DNA of 64,000 nucleotides from a virus: IMG/VR virus record IMGVR_UViG_3300045988_183117, positions 51,641 to 115,640 of that record; one strand, 5' to 3'. Shown piece by piece: positions 62,568 to 64,000 of this stretch (position 1 is its first letter; each line of letters starts with the position of its first letter). The notes under the pieces were generated by a model. It saw only the letters and a program-made list of their open reading frames with translations, ran no database searches and was not told where the DNA came from. The position numbers and the translations under genes were made by a program.

Positions 62568-64000
62568 TCACATTTCAACATCAATGACGGTATTTTCCGC
62601 CGCCTTCTCTTCTTCTTCCCGCTTTTTCTTTTCCAGAGCCTTGCGGCGTTCGTAGAAGGACTTAGCATCGGTTGTGATTTCCTTGGCTTCATAGTCATCG
62701 GCCACAAAATCGACGAACAGTTTTGCGGATGCAGAGCAAACCAGACCTTGACCACGCGGCAGGCTGGATACCGCTTCCATCTCAACGCTGGTCAGCTGAA
62801 TGGCTTCCTGAAGGGCTTTTGCTTCGGACGGAATCAGATGCATGATGATTTTGGTATCGGCGTTACCAATAATTGCCTTGCCGTATTTGCCGCCCTTGTA
62901 TTCGTAGAACTGAGAAATATCCTGAGTCATAGCAAAAGCGGAACCGCCATAAGCACGAATCGTACGGAAGATTTCAACAACGTCTTCAGCTGCCTGCTCG
63001 TTGGAGTCAGTGCCAATCAATTTCCAGCATTCGTCAATAAATACGGCTTTGCGCTGTGTACGGTCCTCTTTGATTTTCGTCCAGACAAAGTCCAGAACCA
63101 CGAACATAGACATGGTAAGCAAAGAGCCTTTCATGCCATTGAAGTCAAATACGATGTACTTGGAGTCAAGGTCCACGTTGGTGTGGTGATTGAAGCAGGC
63201 CATAGAACCGTTAATTAGCGGATTCAAGATGTTGCAGACAGTATGCAGTTCAGGTTTTTTTTTCATTTCTTCCTGCAAATCTTCCAGCAGCGGCATCACC
63301 TTATAGTTGCCATCTTTATCGTAGATAGAGTTGTTATCACGGGTGATGCCGAACTTTGCGTATGTCGCATACAGGCAGCCGTCAATCAGCTGCTCTTCTT
63401 CCTGCGTCATATTGCGAACAACCAGGTGCAGGAACGAAAGAATCGTATGAATTTTTTTGGTCAAGAAGGAGCCGGAAGCCTCATAATCATCCAGCAGTTT
63501 TGCGTCCTCATCGTCAGGAGCGCGAATGTCCATGATGTTGATGTTGTTGTCCGAAGAGGGGTCCATGGAGACGAACTGACCATTGACTGCCTTACAACCG
63601 CCGCCGTAGTCCTCCAAACCTTTCAGAGGAGAGATGATAAATACCTGCGTGTCCATTTCAGACAAGCGTAATGCGAACAGCTGTGCGGTGAAAGTCTTGC
63701 CGTAACCGGAAGAGCCCAGGATAACGGCGTTTGCGTTTGCATGAGCGCGGGTATCAAACATATCGATGGTGACCAGAGAGTTGTTGACATGGTTTGTACC
63801 GACCATAACGCCGCCCGGGTCCTGCATTTCAAACGAGATGAACGGATAGCAGGATGCAACACCCGAAGTCAGAAGATTGCGATGAGATTTCTTTGCCAGC
63901 TCCTTATTGATTTTCGCAAGAGGAAGCAGGCAGGAATCGAAGCATTCTTCCATCATGAAATCCGCACGGCGAATCTTCATGCTCTGACCTTCGATACGCT
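62568..64000 (-). CDS. VirB4/TrbE/TcpF-family type IV secretion (conjugation) ATPase; C-terminal part only, the frame stays open to the window end
   Basis: Walker A is GSSGYGKTF and Walker B is VFIDECW. The frame upstream of the track's ATG at 63980 is still open (RIEGQS-M...). Confidence 0.75.
   Translation of the reverse strand, partial: RIEGQSMKIRRADFMMEECFDSCLLPLAKINKELAKKSHRNLLTSGVASCYPFISFEMQDPGGVMVGTNHVNNSLVTIDMFDTRAHANANAVILGSSGYGKTFTAQLFALRLSEMDTQVFIISPLKGLEDYGGGCKAVNGQFVSMDPSSDNNINIMDIRAPDDEDAKLLDDYEASGSFLTKKIHTILSFLHLVVRNMTQEEEQLIDGCLYATYAKFGITRDNNSIYDKDGNYKVMPLLEDLQEEMKKKPELHTVCNILNPLINGSMACFNHHTNVDLDSKYIVFDFNGMKGSLLTMSMFVVLDFVWTKIKEDRTQRKAVFIDECWKLIGTDSNEQAAEDVVEIFRTIRAYGGSAFAMTQDISQFYEYKGGKYGKAIIGNADTKIIMHLIPSEAKALQEAIQLTSVEMEAVSSLPRGQGLVCSASAKLFVDFVADDYEAKEITTDAKSFYERRKALEKKKREEEEKAAENTVIDVEM

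Noticed and set aside
1-64000. CRISPR arrays, rRNA and tRNA genes
   Set aside because: No regularly spaced direct-repeat array and no rRNA-like or cloverleaf-like segment was recognised. A tRNA cannot be fully excluded without a covariance-model scan.

Overview
This 64 kb window looks like the accessory region of a large mobile element (conjugative plasmid/ICE-like or phage-plasmid) from a Firmicutes/Clostridia-type host. The reading is from gene content and codon style only; no database search was run. About 70 genes are packed almost entirely on the minus strand. The only substantial plus-strand genes are 16785..18671, 33350..36301 (two genes), the IS tnpA/tnpB pair, 43478..44509, 45195..45584 and 50915..51577.

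The minus-strand transcription units are driven by at least 15 copies of one highly conserved promoter with an invariant spacer, TTGnnn-ATCTGTGCGAAT-nnnn-TAcAAT (family A). A second, related promoter family (B) occurs twice.

Recognisable genes include:
- an AAA+ ATPase (partial, at the left edge);
- four paralogous multi-HTH proteins;
- a DUF3990 protein;
- an MBL-fold lipoprotein;
- a PD-(D/E)xK-like protein;
- a ParB/DGQHR-like nuclease;
- a vWA-domain remnant separated from a membrane-protein gene by a single in-frame stop;
- a UvrD-like SF1 helicase;
- a macro-domain protein;
- a large protein with a central XRE HTH, on the plus strand;
- a NADAR-domain protein in an operon with a DEAD/DEAH SF2 helicase;
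- a PLD-like nuclease fused to an SF3 primase-type P-loop domain;
- three tandem paralogous small proteins;
- a flotillin/SPFH protein;
- a frameshift-split gene for an R-S-E type ADP-ribosyltransferase fused to an HD phosphohydrolase, co-transcribed with a 514-aa unknown protein;
- an IS200/IS605-family insertion (tnpA plus tnpB) that split a lipoprotein gene;
- a HipA-like kinase next to a lambda-type metallophosphatase, with a second phosphatase nearby;
- an XRE-ImmA fusion regulator;
- a YpsA/SLOG-like protein;
- a Y-family DNA polymerase;
- two tandem genes made of four zinc-ribbon repeats, one with a DUF559-like nuclease tail;
- a solo TnpB-like RuvC nuclease lacking a zinc finger;
- a secreted thioredoxin-fold protein;
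- a VirB4-family conjugation ATPase (partial, at the right edge).

The most interesting candidate system is an ADP-ribosylation module. The writer is the ART-HD gene. Three possible eraser or reader domains (macro, NADAR, SLOG) are encoded elsewhere in the element. No CRISPR array, rRNA or obvious tRNA was seen.
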